This document shows, piece by piece, positions 62,578-64,000 of a DNA stretch of 64,000 nucleotides. The notes under the pieces are model-generated. The model ran no database searches, was not told the origin of the DNA, and saw nothing but the letters and a program-made list of their open reading frames with translations. Position numbers and translations under genes: made by a program. Source of the stretch: Heterodontus francisci (Eukaryota). Numbering within the stretch: position 1 is the stretch's first letter; every line of letters begins with the position of its first letter. The stretch spans positions 15,375,558 through 15,439,557 of the forward strand of contig NC_090399.1 in the NCBI RefSeq assembly GCF_036365525.1. Direction: 5' to 3'.

Positions 62578-64000
62578 CTTTTTTATTCATTCATGGGATG
62601 TGGGCATCGCTGGCTCAGTCAGCATTTATTTCCCATCTGTAATTGCCCTTGAGAAGGTGGGGGTGAGCTGCCTTCTTGAACTGCTGCGGTCCATGTGAGG
62701 TAGGTACACCCACAGTGCTGTTAGGAAGGATGTTTCAGAACCCAGTGACAGTGAAGGAACGGCGATATAGTTCCAAAGCACGATGCTGTGTGACTTAGAG
62801 GGAAACTTGCAGGTGGTGGTGTTCCCATGCATTTGATGCCCTTGTCCTTCTAGCTGATGGAGGTCGCGGGTTTGGAAGGTGCTGTTTAAAGGACCTTGGT
62901 GCGTTGCTGCAGTGCATCTGGTAGGTGGTACACACCACTGCCATTGTGCGTCAGTGGTGGAGGGAGTGAACGCTTGTGGGTGGGGTGCCAATCAAGCAGG
63001 CTGCGTTGTCCTGGATGGTGTCGAGCTTCTTGAGTGTTGTTGGAGCTGCACCCATCCAGGCAAGTGGAGAGTATTCCATCACACTCCTGACTTGTGCCTT
63101 GTAGATGGTGGACAGGCTTTGGGGAGTCAGGTGAATTACTTGCCAGAGGATTCCTAGCCTCAGACCTGCTCTTGTAACCACGATATTTATATGGCTACTT
63201 CAGTTCAGTTTCTGATCAGTGGTAGCCCCTAGGATGTTAATAGTGGGGGATTCAGCGATGGTCTTCTTCTTTGGCCTCCTTGTCTCGAGAGACAATGGGT
63301 AAGCACCTAGAGGTGGTCAGTGGTTTGTACAGCAATGCCTGGAGTGGCTATAAAGGCCAATTCGAGAGTGACAGACTCTTCCACAGGCACTGCAGATAAA
63401 ATTGGGTGTTGGGGCTGTTACATAGTTGGCTCTCTCCTTGCACTTCTGTCTTTTTTCCGGCCAACTGCCTGGTCTCTTCAACTCGCCACTCTTTAGCCCC
63501 GCCTTTATGGCTGTCCGCCAGCACTGGCGATCACTGGCAACTGACTCCCACGACTTATGGTCAATGTCACAGGACTTCATGTCATGTTTGCAGATGTCTT
63601 TAAAGCGGAGACATGGACGGCTGGTGGGTCTGATTCCAGTGACAAGCTCGCTGTACAATGTGTCCTTGGGGATCCTGCCATCTTCCATGTGACTCACATA
63701 GCCAAGCCATCTCAAGCGCCACTGGCTCAGTAGGGTGTTTATGCTGTGGATGTTGGCCACCTCGAGGACATCTGCGTTGGAGATATGGTCCTGCCACCGG
63801 ATGTCAAGGATTCTCCGGAGGTAGCGCAGATAGAATGAGTTGAGGTGTCGCGGTAATGCCATTGAATGTCAAGGGGAGATGGTTAGATTCTCTCTTGTTG
63901 GAGGTAGTCATTGCCTGACACTGGTGTGGCGCGCATGTTACTTGCCACATATCAGCCCAAGCCTGGATATTGTCCAGGTCTTGCTGCATTTCTGCACGGA
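62578..64000 (-). mobile_element. Second-family LINE 3' part with a nested RTE at 63263..63847
   Basis: ORFs 62951..63181 and 63804..63989 flank RTE ORF 63317..63862 (RLRWLGYV...CSACGRVCHSRIGLYSH). Confidence 0.88.

Overview
Repeat-rich vertebrate genomic DNA, most likely a cartilaginous fish, judged from the HE1-type V-SINEs, Deu-domain SINEs and CR1, RTE, Tx1 and Penelope-like elements. The window holds an innate-immune gene cluster built around a large inverted segmental duplication (left arm about 5.7-18.8 kb, right arm about 28.5-43.8 kb). Its layout is NKp30/NCR3-like receptor A (+), TRIM A (+), spacer, TRIM B (-), NKp30-like receptor B (-). Receptor A splices as leader-V-V-TM-tail, with two tandem germline-joined VJ-type Ig domains. 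Receptor B splices as leader-V-(possible stalk)-TM, with one divergent V domain. Both use paralogous copies of the same Lys-containing transmembrane exon, which lies inside the duplicated arms, while their ectodomain exons lie outside the arms and differ. Both TRIM copies look pseudogenised: they share lost zinc ligands and a frameshift. The only PRY-SPRY exon lies in the spacer on the - strand and is interrupted by a LINE. The rest is nested retroelements, a probable solo LTR just upstream of receptor B, minisatellites and two assembly gaps. All gene models were spliced by eye, and family calls rest on motif recognition rather than database searches.
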